Shown here: piece by piece, positions 48,192-57,258 of the stretch
Position numbering within the stretch: the stretch's first letter is position 1
How the letters are laid out: the number at the start of each line of letters is the position of its first letter
NCBI GenBank assembly: GCA_045641985.1
Contig: JAZUHY010000033.1
Coordinates: 33,985 to 97,984, forward strand
DNA length: 64,000 nucleotides
Source of the DNA: Candidatus Cryptobacteroides sp.
GTDB taxonomy: Bacteria > Bacteroidota > Bacteroidia > Bacteroidales > UBA932
Direction: 5' to 3'
The notes under the pieces: model-generated
The model's database searches: none
The model's input: only the letters and a program-made list of their open reading frames with translations
What the model was told of the DNA's origin: nothing
Program-made: the position numbers and the translations under genes

Positions 48192-48250
48192 CTGATTTAT
48201 TTAATCAGACAAATATATGGATTTTGCCAATCCTCCAGTTGCTTTGGCAA
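48192..48250 (-). promoter_or_regulatory. Promoter of the propionate operon: -7 box (48210-48217) flanked by two inverted repeats
   Basis: TATATTTG on minus, CTGATT-N5-AATCAG at 48192-48208, TTGCCAA-N13-TTGGCAA at 48224-48250. Confidence 0.55.
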
Positions 48251-48289
48251 GTGTATTTTTCGATAGCGGCAATCGGTTGCTGTTGGAAT

Positions 48290-48892
48290 TTACGTTTGTC
48301 GTTCAAGCCTGACAACGACCCTGTTGAATTCGTCTATGATTTCAGCCACACCTGCCGGGGTAGAGGCTTGTGCGCTTCGTCGCGCAATGGCTTCCGACAG
48401 CCGACGAAGTTCTTCGTGGGTGTCATATTCCTGACCGGTCAGATTCTTGAGGCTCACGGGATTGGGCAATTCCGGCGGCCAGTCCGTCTGGTTGAGGTTC
48501 AGCCCCACACCGACTATGGACGATTCGATTGTACCGGCGTTGATGGTGTTCTCAATGAGTATTCCGCAGATTTTTTTCTCCTCCACCCAGATGTCATTGG
48601 GCCACTTTATCCAGGGCCCGATGCCTTTCGTTTGCAGGTAATCGCATATTCCCAGTGCCATTATGGACGTTACGGCGAGAGCGTCCGTCGCTTTCAGGCA
48701 ACGGTGCCGCAACAGAATGGAGAAAGTGAGGTTCCGTCCCGGTGCCGAATGCCAGGTATGGTTGCCCTGTCCGCGTCCCTCCGACTGCTTATCGGCCGCT
48801 ATTATCGTGAGATTGTCCGACCGGTCCAGGCGTCTTCTCAGTTCGCTGTTCGTTGAGTCGGTGCTTTTCAACCAGATTATCCTGCTTTTCAT
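48290..48892 (-). CDS. birA: Biotin-protein ligase (class I, no N-terminal HTH)
   Basis: STDSTN, Q.EGRGQGNHTW, IKWPNDI, KKICGILIEN, GVGLNLNQ. Confidence 0.93.
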   Translation of the reverse strand: MKSRIIWLKSTDSTNSELRRRLDRSDNLTIIAADKQSEGRGQGNHTWHSAPGRNLTFSILLRHRCLKATDALAVTSIMALGICDYLQTKGIGPWIKWPNDIWVEEKKICGILIENTINAGTIESSIVGVGLNLNQTDWPPELPNPVSLKNLTGQEYDTHEELRRLSEAIARRSAQASTPAGVAEIIDEFNRVVVRLERQT

Positions 48893-48978
48893 TGTCCTTG
48901 TTTTTTGACAAACATACTGCAAATATACAGCTTTACAGACTTATCTTGAAAAAACATATTATCTTTGCGGACGTTATT

Positions 48979-49881
48979 ATGGAACTCAGGCAGTTGAAAT
49001 ATTTCGTCAGAACGGCTCAGACACTGAATTTCTCTGAAGCCGCCCGAAGTTTATATGTCAGCCAAAGTACTCTTTCACAACAGATAAAGTCGCTTGAGAA
49101 CGAACTCGGGACACTTCTGTTCCAGCGTGATTCCCATTCCGCTTCCCTGACTCAAAGCGGCTCGATGCTTCTGCCGCTTGCAATCCAGACCATTCAGGAT
49201 GCCGAAGCCTGCAAGGCCCAGGTGGATGACCTCAAGGAAATGCTGACGGGAGAGCTCAACATCGGAGTGACATATTCTTTCAGCCATATCCTGACTCAGA
49301 CCGTAAAGAATTTTGCCAGGGAGTATCCGGGCGTAAAGCTCAATATCTTCTACAGGAATATGGTTGAGCTGATGGAAGCGCTGCGTCACCGTGAAGTGGA
49401 TTTGGTGCTTGCGTTCAAGCCGGACAATCCTTACGAAGAAATCGAGTCCAGCAACCTTTTCAGTGACAAACTTTCCGTAATAATGCGCAGGGACCATCCC
49501 CTCGCCGGCAGAGAGTCCATAAGTCTGGAGGAACTCGGCCGCTACCGCATAGCTATTCCGGCGAAAGGTCTTCAGGCGCGAAATGCCCTCGAGGAACATA
49601 TATGCATCGAACGTTCCGGCCTGAACATCTGCCTGGAAATCAACGAGGCCAACATACTGCTTGACATTGTCCAGGACAACAATCTCCTGACTATGCTGTC
49701 CGAGACATCCATCCGCGGAAGGGACCATCTGAAGGCGGTGCCGCTCAACCTTCCGTACAACCGTATGCAGGGTTGCGTCCATACTCTCAAGCGTGTTTTC
49801 CACAAACGGAGCGCGGATACTTTCGTGAAGATGCTCCGCGATGCTGATATTATTCGTGAACTCTCTGTCGAATGGCCATAA
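48979..49881 (+). CDS. LysR-family transcriptional regulator
   Basis: MELRQLKYF..LNFSEAA..SQSTLSQQIK.LE.ELG..LF.R HTH plus substrate-binding domain. -7 box TATCTTTG at 48960-48967. Confidence 0.95.
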   Translation: MELRQLKYFVRTAQTLNFSEAARSLYVSQSTLSQQIKSLENELGTLLFQRDSHSASLTQSGSMLLPLAIQTIQDAEACKAQVDDLKEMLTGELNIGVTYSFSHILTQTVKNFAREYPGVKLNIFYRNMVELMEALRHREVDLVLAFKPDNPYEEIESSNLFSDKLSVIMRRDHPLAGRESISLEELGRYRIAIPAKGLQARNALEEHICIERSGLNICLEINEANILLDIVQDNNLLTMLSETSIRGRDHLKAVPLNLPYNRMQGCVHTLKRVFHKRSADTFVKMLRDADIIRELSVEWP

Positions 49882-50381
49882 TCAAAGAACTTAACGGAAA
49901 GTCCCCCATAGTCGGGCAGCGGTGTTTTCTGGCGGAGAACGCCGCATTGATAGGTGACGTCACCATAGGTGAAGACTGCAGCATATGGTATGGTACCGTG
50001 TTGCGGGGGGATGTAAACCCCATTGTAATCGGTGACAGGGTGAATGTCCAGGACGGAGCCGTCCTCCATACTCTCTATAAGCGTTCGGTGGTTGAAATCG
50101 GCAATGACGTGTCCGTAGGGCACAATGCGGTGATACACGGTGCCAAAGTAGGCAGCAATGTGCTTGTGGGAATGGGCGCGATACTGATGGATGGCGCCGT
50201 CATTCCTGACAATACGATTATCGCTGCCGGTGCGGTTGTGCTCAGCAATCAGGTCCTTGAACCGGGCGTCTATGCCGGCATTCCTGCAAAGAAGGTCAAG
50301 GAAGCATCCGAGGCCGTGGCCGACGCGGCCCACAAGAATGCTCAGGGATATCTTCTCTACAAAGACTGGTACAAAGACTAG
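49872..50381 (+). CDS. Gamma carbonic anhydrase family protein (hexapeptide repeat)
   Basis: IGDVTIG..SIWY..VLRGD, NVQDGAVLH, VGHNAVIHG. Confidence 0.93.
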   Translation: MAIIKELNGKSPIVGQRCFLAENAALIGDVTIGEDCSIWYGTVLRGDVNPIVIGDRVNVQDGAVLHTLYKRSVVEIGNDVSVGHNAVIHGAKVGSNVLVGMGAILMDGAVIPDNTIIAAGAVVLSNQVLEPGVYAGIPAKKVKEASEAVADAAHKNAQGYLLYKDWYKD

Positions 50382-50405
50382 AAAATATCGTATATTTGCA
50401 CCAAT

Positions 50406-50563
50406 CTGTGGTGAGCCGCGTGGTGCGGCTTGAAAAGGGAACCGGGTGAAAGACCCGGACTGTGCCCGCAGCTGTGAGTTCCGCAATCGTTCTGAAATCT
50501 TTGCCATTGTCCGAAAGGATGAGAAGGCCCGGAACGGGGAACAAGTCAGAAGACCTGCCATAG
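50406..50563 (+). ncRNA. Cobalamin (B12) riboswitch
   Basis: AAAAGGGAACCGGGTGAAAGACCCGGACTGTGCCCGCAGCTGTGA, GCCATTG, GAGAAGGC, B12 box AAGTCAGAAGACCTGCC. P1 is CTGTGG/CCATAG. -7 box TATATTTG at 50391-50398. Confidence 0.95.
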
Positions 50564-50615
50564 TTAAGTCAAACAGGTGAAGCCCGGGGGCAGGTTTCCG
50601 TTGAGACAATACAAT

Positions 50616-52412
50616 ATGTTTCTCTTTTCTTTATTGTCAGTTGCGGCCGGTCTGCTTCCGGCAGAGCCTTCAGACACTCTCCAGCCGGTTACAGTCGTTG
50701 CTGACCGTGGAGTTGTGGTATCCAGAACCGATACCATCCAAACCAAACATTCCATTTCCATTACCGATGCGTTTTCCTCGATTCCGGGGATGTATGTCTG
50801 CGACTACGGCGGACTTGCCGGCCTCAAGAACGTCAGTCTGCGCAGCCTGGGAAGTCCCCACGCCGCCATCTATTTCGACGGAGTGAGGGTGGGGAACGTT
50901 CAGACCGGTCAGGCCGACCTCGTGTTCCTGGATTTCGGGAACTGCGGCAGTACGGTCATAGACTATGCACAGAACAGCATCTCGTTCAATACGGCCAGAC
51001 CGGTTTTCGGCGACAGAAATGTCGGCGGCAATGTCAAATTCCGCGGAGGGTCCTTCGGGACGTTCGAGCCTTCCGGAAGGCTCAACTTCCGTCTGTCCGA
51101 CAAAGTCAGTCTGTCCGCCATTGCATCGGGCGTTCTCAGCAGGGGAGACTTCCCTCTGCAGGACGGAACCTCGAGGACCAACAATGACATCAGGCAGCTG
51201 CGCGCCGCTCTGGATTTGTGGGGCCTTATGGACGGCGGCGATTATCACGCAAAGGCATATTACAACGGCTCGAAGCGGGGAACTCCGGGTTCTCTTGACT
51301 GGCCGTCCTCCGACAGGCAGAACGACCGCAACGCCTTCATTCAGGCTGTTGTGCGAAGGCAGGTTTCGCCTCTGTATCATTTGACTGCCAGCGCAAAAGT
51401 GTCGCTGGATGACCTGCTGTATCTGAGCGAATGGGGAGACAACCGCTATAAACAGACGGAAGCACAAATCAACAGTTCCCACAAATTCACCGTATGCGAT
51501 TGGTTTGACGCCTCCCTTGCCGCTGACTTCCAGTGGGACGGTCTGGATTCCGACCTGTACTCCAATGCCCGCTCATCGGTTTTCGCCACCGTCTCGGCCG
51601 CCTTCCATCCGGACAGATTCAAGGCGGACCTGGCTTTAGAATATGCCGGAGTATTTGACAGGGGTGGGCAGAAACGCCATATCCTTTCTCCTTCGGCAGA
51701 CCTTCGTTGGAATGTCTTCAAGGGCTTTGACATTCTGGCGTTTGCGCGAAGGGCTTACCGTACGCCGACTTTCAACGAACTGTATTATCCCGGATACGGC
51801 AATCCCGACCTGCAGGCCGAGGATGCCTGGCTGACAGATGTCGGGGTAGAATACCACTGCTCTCCCGGCAAGCACCTGCAGATTCAGGCTAAAGCCGATG
51901 CCTTTTTCAATCATTTGAAGAACAAGATTGTCTCCGCACCTACGGAGATGGATCCGAACATATGGCTCCCATATAATATCGGAGTGGTTCAGATGTCGGG
52001 GGCGGACGCACGCGCCGAACTCCGTTACTCGAAGGGGAATTGGAAATCTTCCTTTTCAGTCCGCTACAGCCTTCAGAAAGCAACGGACAAGACTCCCGGC
52101 AGTTCTTCGTACGGGCAGCCGGTTCCCTATATCTCGAAGCACACGGTGATTCTGGGAGCGGATGCCTCATATAAGGGATGGTTCGTCGCGCTTAACTGGA
52201 ACTGGCGTGGCGGACGTTACGACCCTGCGGGGCCGATGCCGGATTACAACACTCCGGACCTGAATGTAGGGAAGGATTTCGCTCTTCCGGGGAATCTCAT
52301 TCTCGGCGTTAAATTCATAGCCCGCAATCTCAGCGACTGCCGTTACGAACTCTTCGGCGGCTACCCTATGCCCGGACGCTCGTTTTATGGAGAAATCAAC
52401 TTCAAATTCTAG
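50616..52412 (+). CDS. TonB-dependent receptor, probable B12 transporter (BtuB-like)
   Basis: TonB-box-like LQPVTVVA, plug motifs (GGLAGLKNVSLR, DGV.V..QTGQADL), RTPTFNELY, C-terminal YPMPGRSF..F. Directly under the cobalamin riboswitch. Confidence 0.9.
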   Translation: MFLFSLLSVAAGLLPAEPSDTLQPVTVVADRGVVVSRTDTIQTKHSISITDAFSSIPGMYVCDYGGLAGLKNVSLRSLGSPHAAIYFDGVRVGNVQTGQADLVFLDFGNCGSTVIDYAQNSISFNTARPVFGDRNVGGNVKFRGGSFGTFEPSGRLNFRLSDKVSLSAIASGVLSRGDFPLQDGTSRTNNDIRQLRAALDLWGLMDGGDYHAKAYYNGSKRGTPGSLDWPSSDRQNDRNAFIQAVVRRQVSPLYHLTASAKVSLDDLLYLSEWGDNRYKQTEAQINSSHKFTVCDWFDASLAADFQWDGLDSDLYSNARSSVFATVSAAFHPDRFKADLALEYAGVFDRGGQKRHILSPSADLRWNVFKGFDILAFARRAYRTPTFNELYYPGYGNPDLQAEDAWLTDVGVEYHCSPGKHLQIQAKADAFFNHLKNKIVSAPTEMDPNIWLPYNIGVVQMSGADARAELRYSKGNWKSSFSVRYSLQKATDKTPGSSSYGQPVPYISKHTVILGADASYKGWFVALNWNWRGGRYDPAGPMPDYNTPDLNVGKDFALPGNLILGVKFIARNLSDCRYELFGGYPMPGRSFYGEINFKF

Positions 52413-52415
52413 CCT

Positions 52416-53207
52416 ATGCTGAATATTCTATATGTGATTCTTTGCGGCATTGCCCTCCCGATTGGCGGAGTGCAGATGCAATATTTGTGGAGAAACCAGC
52501 TTGGAGACATATATTCTCTCGGACTCGGCAGCGCGGCCTGTCTCGGAGCCGCAACGGCAACGATGACCGGGTGGTGTTCGCTCACGGTAGGCGCTTTCAT
52601 CTGCCAGGCGGTCTGTGCCCTGATTGTCTCGCTGGTCGCCATCAGGCTGAATACCTCCCGCCTCATTACTTTCGGCATCCTTTTCGGGACTTTCATCGGC
52701 TCAATCGGAACGATAGTTGTCACCAACGCACCCACGGGTGACTTGCTGAAGCAATATTACCTCTGGGGCGCCGCCAACTTCAAATTGCAGGGGGTGACGA
52801 CTGCTGACATTATCCTGAGCCTTGCGATGTTTGCAGCCGGCCTCACCACCGCGCTGCTCTGCGCAAAAAAGCTCACGAGCCACTTCAAGGGGGAAACGGA
52901 AATGCCCAACACTTCAAAGGCCGGAATATTGTTTATGACAAGTATTCTGGTGACGAGCGTGGTAAGTATCTGCGGAACCATCGGCTTCGTGAGTCTGGGC
53001 GTGCCGAACCTTGTGCGCGCATTGGTCAGGCCCGGAGACATACGGAGGCAATATGCCTGGTCCGCCCTGCTCGGGACAGCGCTGCTGTCCATAACATACA
53101 TCATCGTGGAATATTGCAACTTCGGCATATACCTTCCCGTAAGCGCAACAATGGCGCTCATTGCATTGCCTTTGACTGCTGTCCTCTTTGCCGGGGAAAA
53201 GTCATAG
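52416..53207 (+). CDS. BtuC/FecCD-fold permease, short and divergent
   Basis: GVQMQYLWRNQLGDIYSLGLGSAACLG (cf. MQ.LFRNPLA.P..LG...GA.LG), G.IGF.SLGVPN, LPV. Only 263 aa. Confidence 0.75.
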   Translation: MLNILYVILCGIALPIGGVQMQYLWRNQLGDIYSLGLGSAACLGAATATMTGWCSLTVGAFICQAVCALIVSLVAIRLNTSRLITFGILFGTFIGSIGTIVVTNAPTGDLLKQYYLWGAANFKLQGVTTADIILSLAMFAAGLTTALLCAKKLTSHFKGETEMPNTSKAGILFMTSILVTSVVSICGTIGFVSLGVPNLVRALVRPGDIRRQYAWSALLGTALLSITYIIVEYCNFGIYLPVSATMALIALPLTAVLFAGEKS

Positions 53208-53250
53208 TAAACTTTTTCTTATCTTTGCGTGCAGTTCAAATCCCAATCGT

Positions 53251-54708
53251 ATGTCAGACACGAAATATAACTTTAAGTTTTGTATCCTGCTGCCTTTGGT
53301 GCTCGCGGTTACACTCTTCCTCTGGTGTTGTCCGGCATCATTCTTCGGGAGTCTCGGTGAAGCGCTCACGGTGACGCAGCAGCGCACCGTCGCCATTTTC
53401 GCGTTCGCCGCTCTGATGTGGATATTCGAGATTGTCCCCAACTGGGTTACGTCCCTGATGGTCATTGTGATTTCCCTCCTCACCATCTCCGACAAGAGTG
53501 TCTCGTTCCTGATGAATACCGGCGATGCGAGTCAGTTCGTCCCGATGAAAGAACTGATGCGGGCCTTCGCCGATCCTGTGGTGATGCTCTTCCTCGGCGG
53601 ATTCGTGCTCGCAATCGTTGCGGCCAAATACGGTATGGACGTCACGATGGCCCGTATCCTCCTGAAACCTTTCGGGAAAAAGCCGAAGATGGTTCTTCTG
53701 GGTGTGCTCATCGTGATTTCCATCTTCTCTATGTTTATGAGCAACACCGCAACAGCGGCTATGTTCCTCGCGTTCCTCTCGCCCGTGTTCGCATCCCTTC
53801 CCGACTCTGACCGGAAAGGCAAGATAGGCATCGCCCTTGCAATCCCCATTGCGGCCAACGTCGGAGGTATCGGTACCCCTATCGGCACTCCTCCCAACGC
53901 GACGGCTGTGGGCAACCTTGATTCCCTCGCCGGCATCACCATCGGATTCAGCGACTGGGCGCTCAGGATGATTCCCTTCGTAGCGGTAATGATTCTTTTC
54001 GCGTGGGTGCTCCTCTGCGCATTTTATCCTTTCAAGTCGGAGGAGATTGTGCTCGAGATAAAGAAGGGAGACCACCGAAAAACCTACAGGGACTACGTTG
54101 CCTGGATTACTTTCGGCGTCACGATTCTCCTATGGATGACGGAGCAGATTCACGGCATTAGTTCCAATATCGTTGCCTTGATTCCTCTTTGTGTCTATAC
54201 TGCCACTGGGGTTTTCGGTAAGGATGACATCAAGGAGATAAACTGGGAGGTTCTCTGGCTGGTGGCCGGCGGATTTGCGCTCGGCTATGCCCTTTCCGGA
54301 ACCGGACTTGCAAAGGCTATGATTGAGTCCATCGACTTCAGCGTGATGAGCATCATCGTGGTTTTCGTTGTCGCGGGCCTCATATGTTACCTTCTCAGCA
54401 ACTTTATCAGCAACTCAGCCACTGCGGCGCTTCTCATCCCCATTATGATAGCGATGGGCAGCGGCCTTCTCGAAAGCGGCAATGCCGATGCTTTCAACGC
54501 ACTCGGAGGACAGGCCGGTCTCTCAGTGTTCGTTGCCGTATGTGCATCTGTTGCAATGTGCCTCCCCATCTCAACGCCTCCGAACGCCATCGCATCCGCA
54601 ACGGGGCTTGTCGATACAAAGGATATGACCAAAGTAGGCCTCATCGTCGGCATCGTGGGGCTCGTGCTCGGGTTCTTCTGGGTTACGAAAATATTCCCGT
54701 TCACTTGA
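53251..54708 (+). CDS. SLC13/DASS family anion (dicarboxylate) transporter
   Basis: SMFMSNTATAAM, ANVGGIGTPIGTPPN, FISNSATAAL, LPISTPPNAI. -7 box TATCTTTG at 53220-53227. Confidence 0.93.
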   Translation: MSDTKYNFKFCILLPLVLAVTLFLWCCPASFFGSLGEALTVTQQRTVAIFAFAALMWIFEIVPNWVTSLMVIVISLLTISDKSVSFLMNTGDASQFVPMKELMRAFADPVVMLFLGGFVLAIVAAKYGMDVTMARILLKPFGKKPKMVLLGVLIVISIFSMFMSNTATAAMFLAFLSPVFASLPDSDRKGKIGIALAIPIAANVGGIGTPIGTPPNATAVGNLDSLAGITIGFSDWALRMIPFVAVMILFAWVLLCAFYPFKSEEIVLEIKKGDHRKTYRDYVAWITFGVTILLWMTEQIHGISSNIVALIPLCVYTATGVFGKDDIKEINWEVLWLVAGGFALGYALSGTGLAKAMIESIDFSVMSIIVVFVVAGLICYLLSNFISNSATAALLIPIMIAMGSGLLESGNADAFNALGGQAGLSVFVAVCASVAMCLPISTPPNAIASATGLVDTKDMTKVGLIVGIVGLVLGFFWVTKIFPFT

Positions 54709-54726
54709 AATGACTCATAGTGGAAG

Positions 54727-55884
54727 ATGAATCTGCCGTTGTACATAGCCTGGAGGTATCTGTTTGCCCGGAAGTCGCACAATGTGATAAATGTGCTTTC
54801 AGCAATCAGCGCTGTCGGTATGGCCGTCGGCACGGCTGCGCTCGTTTTGATTCTGTCTGTCTATAACGGGTTCAACGGAATAGTTGAGCAGACTCTTTCG
54901 GATTTTGATCCGGACGTGAAGGTCTGTACGACCGAGGGGGGATATGATGTTCCGGACAGCCTTGTGGCTTTGTTTTCCGGGGATCCGGATGTCTGCACGG
55001 TGAGCCGTTCCCTTGAATTCGAGGCTTTCCTGAAATATGGAGAGAATCAGGGAGCGGCCCGCCTTGTCGGGACCGACGGTGATATGTCCCTGAGGCGTGG
55101 AGAGCTGAAGATTGCGTCCGTGGGTGCCGGACTGGCGCGCACGATGGGTATCAATCCCGCTTTTCTGGATCCTTTGGAAATCTATTCTCCGGAGCGGTAC
55201 AGACCTTTCTCTCCCGCAAATCCGCTGGCTTCGTTGCGGAAGGTGGAGGTGTTTCCCGAGCACCTGCTCAATGTGAACGCCGAAATTGACGAAAGCACGG
55301 TGATGGTGCCTTTGGAAACGGCGCAGGAACTTTTCGGGAAGCAGGGAGCCTGCTCATCCGTGGATGTCCGGCTCAATGACAATTCGGACAAAGCCGTGAA
55401 GGGATTTATCCGCAGGTACGGACAGCTTTCGGAATCGGGACTGGTCCTCAAGGATAAGTATGGGCAGCATCCGGAACTGTACAGGATGATGAGGACGGAA
55501 AAGACCGCCGTTTTTCTGATTCTGATATTCGTGGTACTGATTGTTGCTCTCAACATTTTCAGCAGCCTGTCGATGCTTATCATAGAAAAGAAGGGCGATA
55601 TCGGAACGCTTGTTTCCCTGGGGGCCGATGAAGGGCTTGTCCGACGTGTTTTCGTATATGAAGGATGGTTGATATCCCTTCTTGGGATGCTCGCCGGCCT
55701 CATTGCGGGTGTCGCGGCCGTTCTGATTCAACAGAATTACGGCATAATCAAAATGCCGGGGAATTATCTGGTGGACGCATATCCGGTGGCTCTGAAGTCC
55801 GGAGATATTGCAGTTTCACTGGTTGTGGTCGGAGTAATCGGCTTGCTGGTTGCCGTATTTTCGTATAATTGCAACAAAAAATAA
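54727..55884 (+). CDS. LolC/E-type (FtsX-like) ABC permease
   Basis: IAWRYLFARKSHNVIN.LS.IS..G, LSVYNGF, NIFSSLSMLIIEKK.DI. Confidence 0.9.
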   Translation: MNLPLYIAWRYLFARKSHNVINVLSAISAVGMAVGTAALVLILSVYNGFNGIVEQTLSDFDPDVKVCTTEGGYDVPDSLVALFSGDPDVCTVSRSLEFEAFLKYGENQGAARLVGTDGDMSLRRGELKIASVGAGLARTMGINPAFLDPLEIYSPERYRPFSPANPLASLRKVEVFPEHLLNVNAEIDESTVMVPLETAQELFGKQGACSSVDVRLNDNSDKAVKGFIRRYGQLSESGLVLKDKYGQHPELYRMMRTEKTAVFLILIFVVLIVALNIFSSLSMLIIEKKGDIGTLVSLGADEGLVRRVFVYEGWLISLLGMLAGLIAGVAAVLIQQNYGIIKMPGNYLVDAYPVALKSGDIAVSLVVVGVIGLLVAVFSYNCNKK

Positions 55885-55888
55885 ATAA

Positions 55889-57178
55889 ATGGCATTGAGT
55901 AGTATTATTGTTGTTTCTGTCTTGGTCGCATTTGTTGCCGCTCTGGCTGTTCTGGCCTTCATCCTCTCCGGAAGGGTCTCGGCGGAAAGAGCGAAAGCCG
56001 AGGAGAATGCACGGAAGGCTGCGATGCTGGAGGGAAAGCTTCAGACGCAGGAAGCTTTGGCCGATGAGAGGGAAAGAGTTTTTGTGAGCCAGCGCAAACA
56101 GATGGAAGAAAGTTTCAAATTGCTTTCCGAGCAGAACAGTGCCGGCCTTCGCAGGCAGAATGCAGAGTCTCTCGCCGAACTGTTGAAGCCGATTCAGGAA
56201 AAGTTCTCCGGATTCGAGAAGTCCGTCAAGGACAGCCAGGAAAAGTCTGTAGCGCAGGATGCCGCGATGAGGGAACTGCTGAATACGGTGATGAAACAAA
56301 GCGAGACTGTAGGGAATGAGGCGAAAAATCTGGCCAGGGCGCTGACGGGCCACGCAAAAATCCAGGGGAATTTCGGCGAGATGCTTCTGGTTGACCTTCT
56401 CAGGCAGTCAGGTCTTGAGGAAGGAGTTCATTTCTCGACCCAGGATGTGTTGAGAGATGCCCAGGGCCACGAAATCAAAAGTGAGTCAGGAGGGACAATG
56501 ATTCCCGACGTGATAATTTATTATCCCGACGGCAGTGAAGTAATTATCGATTCCAAGGTCAGCCTGAACGCATATGTCGATTATATGAACTGCGAGGATC
56601 CGGAGCAGAAACCCGCATTGGCCAAACGCCATATCGAGTCCATAAGCCGGCATATCGACGAATTGAAGCAGAAGGACTATGCTTCCTATATCGCAGAGGG
56701 AAGAAGGAAGGTTGATTATAATATAATGTTCATACCGATGGAAGGCGCTTTCCGGGTGATGCTTGACGAGGCTCCTACGCTATGGCAGAGGGCAAAAGAT
56801 GCCAAAGTGCTGATAGTCAGCCAGCAGAATCTGATGATAGTGCTCAATATGATACTGATGAGCTGGAGGCAGTATGATCAGGAAAGGAATATCGAGGATG
56901 TGTATGCCACCGCATCGGAACTTATGAGCCAGTTGAAGAATTGGATGGATTCTTTCGTGAAGGTCGGCGATTATCTGGAAAAGGCCAGGGACGCATACGG
57001 CGATTCCAGGAAGAAGCTTGTGGAATCCAACCAGTCGGTTATCAGGAAAATAGACAAGCTGGAGCATCTCGGGATTTCGCCGAAGAGGTCCAATGCGAAA
57101 ATCAAAGCCGGAGCCAGAGTGGCAAATGGCAGGGAATCCATAATCCCAAGGGAACTTTCCGAAGAAGAAAATTCGTAA
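55889..57178 (+). CDS. rmuC: DNA recombination protein RmuC
   Basis: N-terminal TM plus coiled coil, QGNFGE..L, PDVII.YP, IDSKVSL, MFIPMEGAF. Confidence 0.93.
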   Translation: MALSSIIVVSVLVAFVAALAVLAFILSGRVSAERAKAEENARKAAMLEGKLQTQEALADERERVFVSQRKQMEESFKLLSEQNSAGLRRQNAESLAELLKPIQEKFSGFEKSVKDSQEKSVAQDAAMRELLNTVMKQSETVGNEAKNLARALTGHAKIQGNFGEMLLVDLLRQSGLEEGVHFSTQDVLRDAQGHEIKSESGGTMIPDVIIYYPDGSEVIIDSKVSLNAYVDYMNCEDPEQKPALAKRHIESISRHIDELKQKDYASYIAEGRRKVDYNIMFIPMEGAFRVMLDEAPTLWQRAKDAKVLIVSQQNLMIVLNMILMSWRQYDQERNIEDVYATASELMSQLKNWMDSFVKVGDYLEKARDAYGDSRKKLVESNQSVIRKIDKLEHLGISPKRSNAKIKAGARVANGRESIIPRELSEEENS

Positions 57179-57258
57179 TTGTCAGGAAATTTCCGATATT
57201 TACAGGAAATTTTTGAAACAACAGGCACAACAGTTCGCATCAGTCAAAAATCAAGAAT

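Noticed and set aside
57183-57238. Tandem CAGGAAATTT repeat and a sigma-54-like GGCAC...TTCGC upstream of pepC
   Set aside because: GG-to-GC spacing is 13 rather than the strict 12 nt. The 10-mer repeat is short and AT-rich and could be chance.
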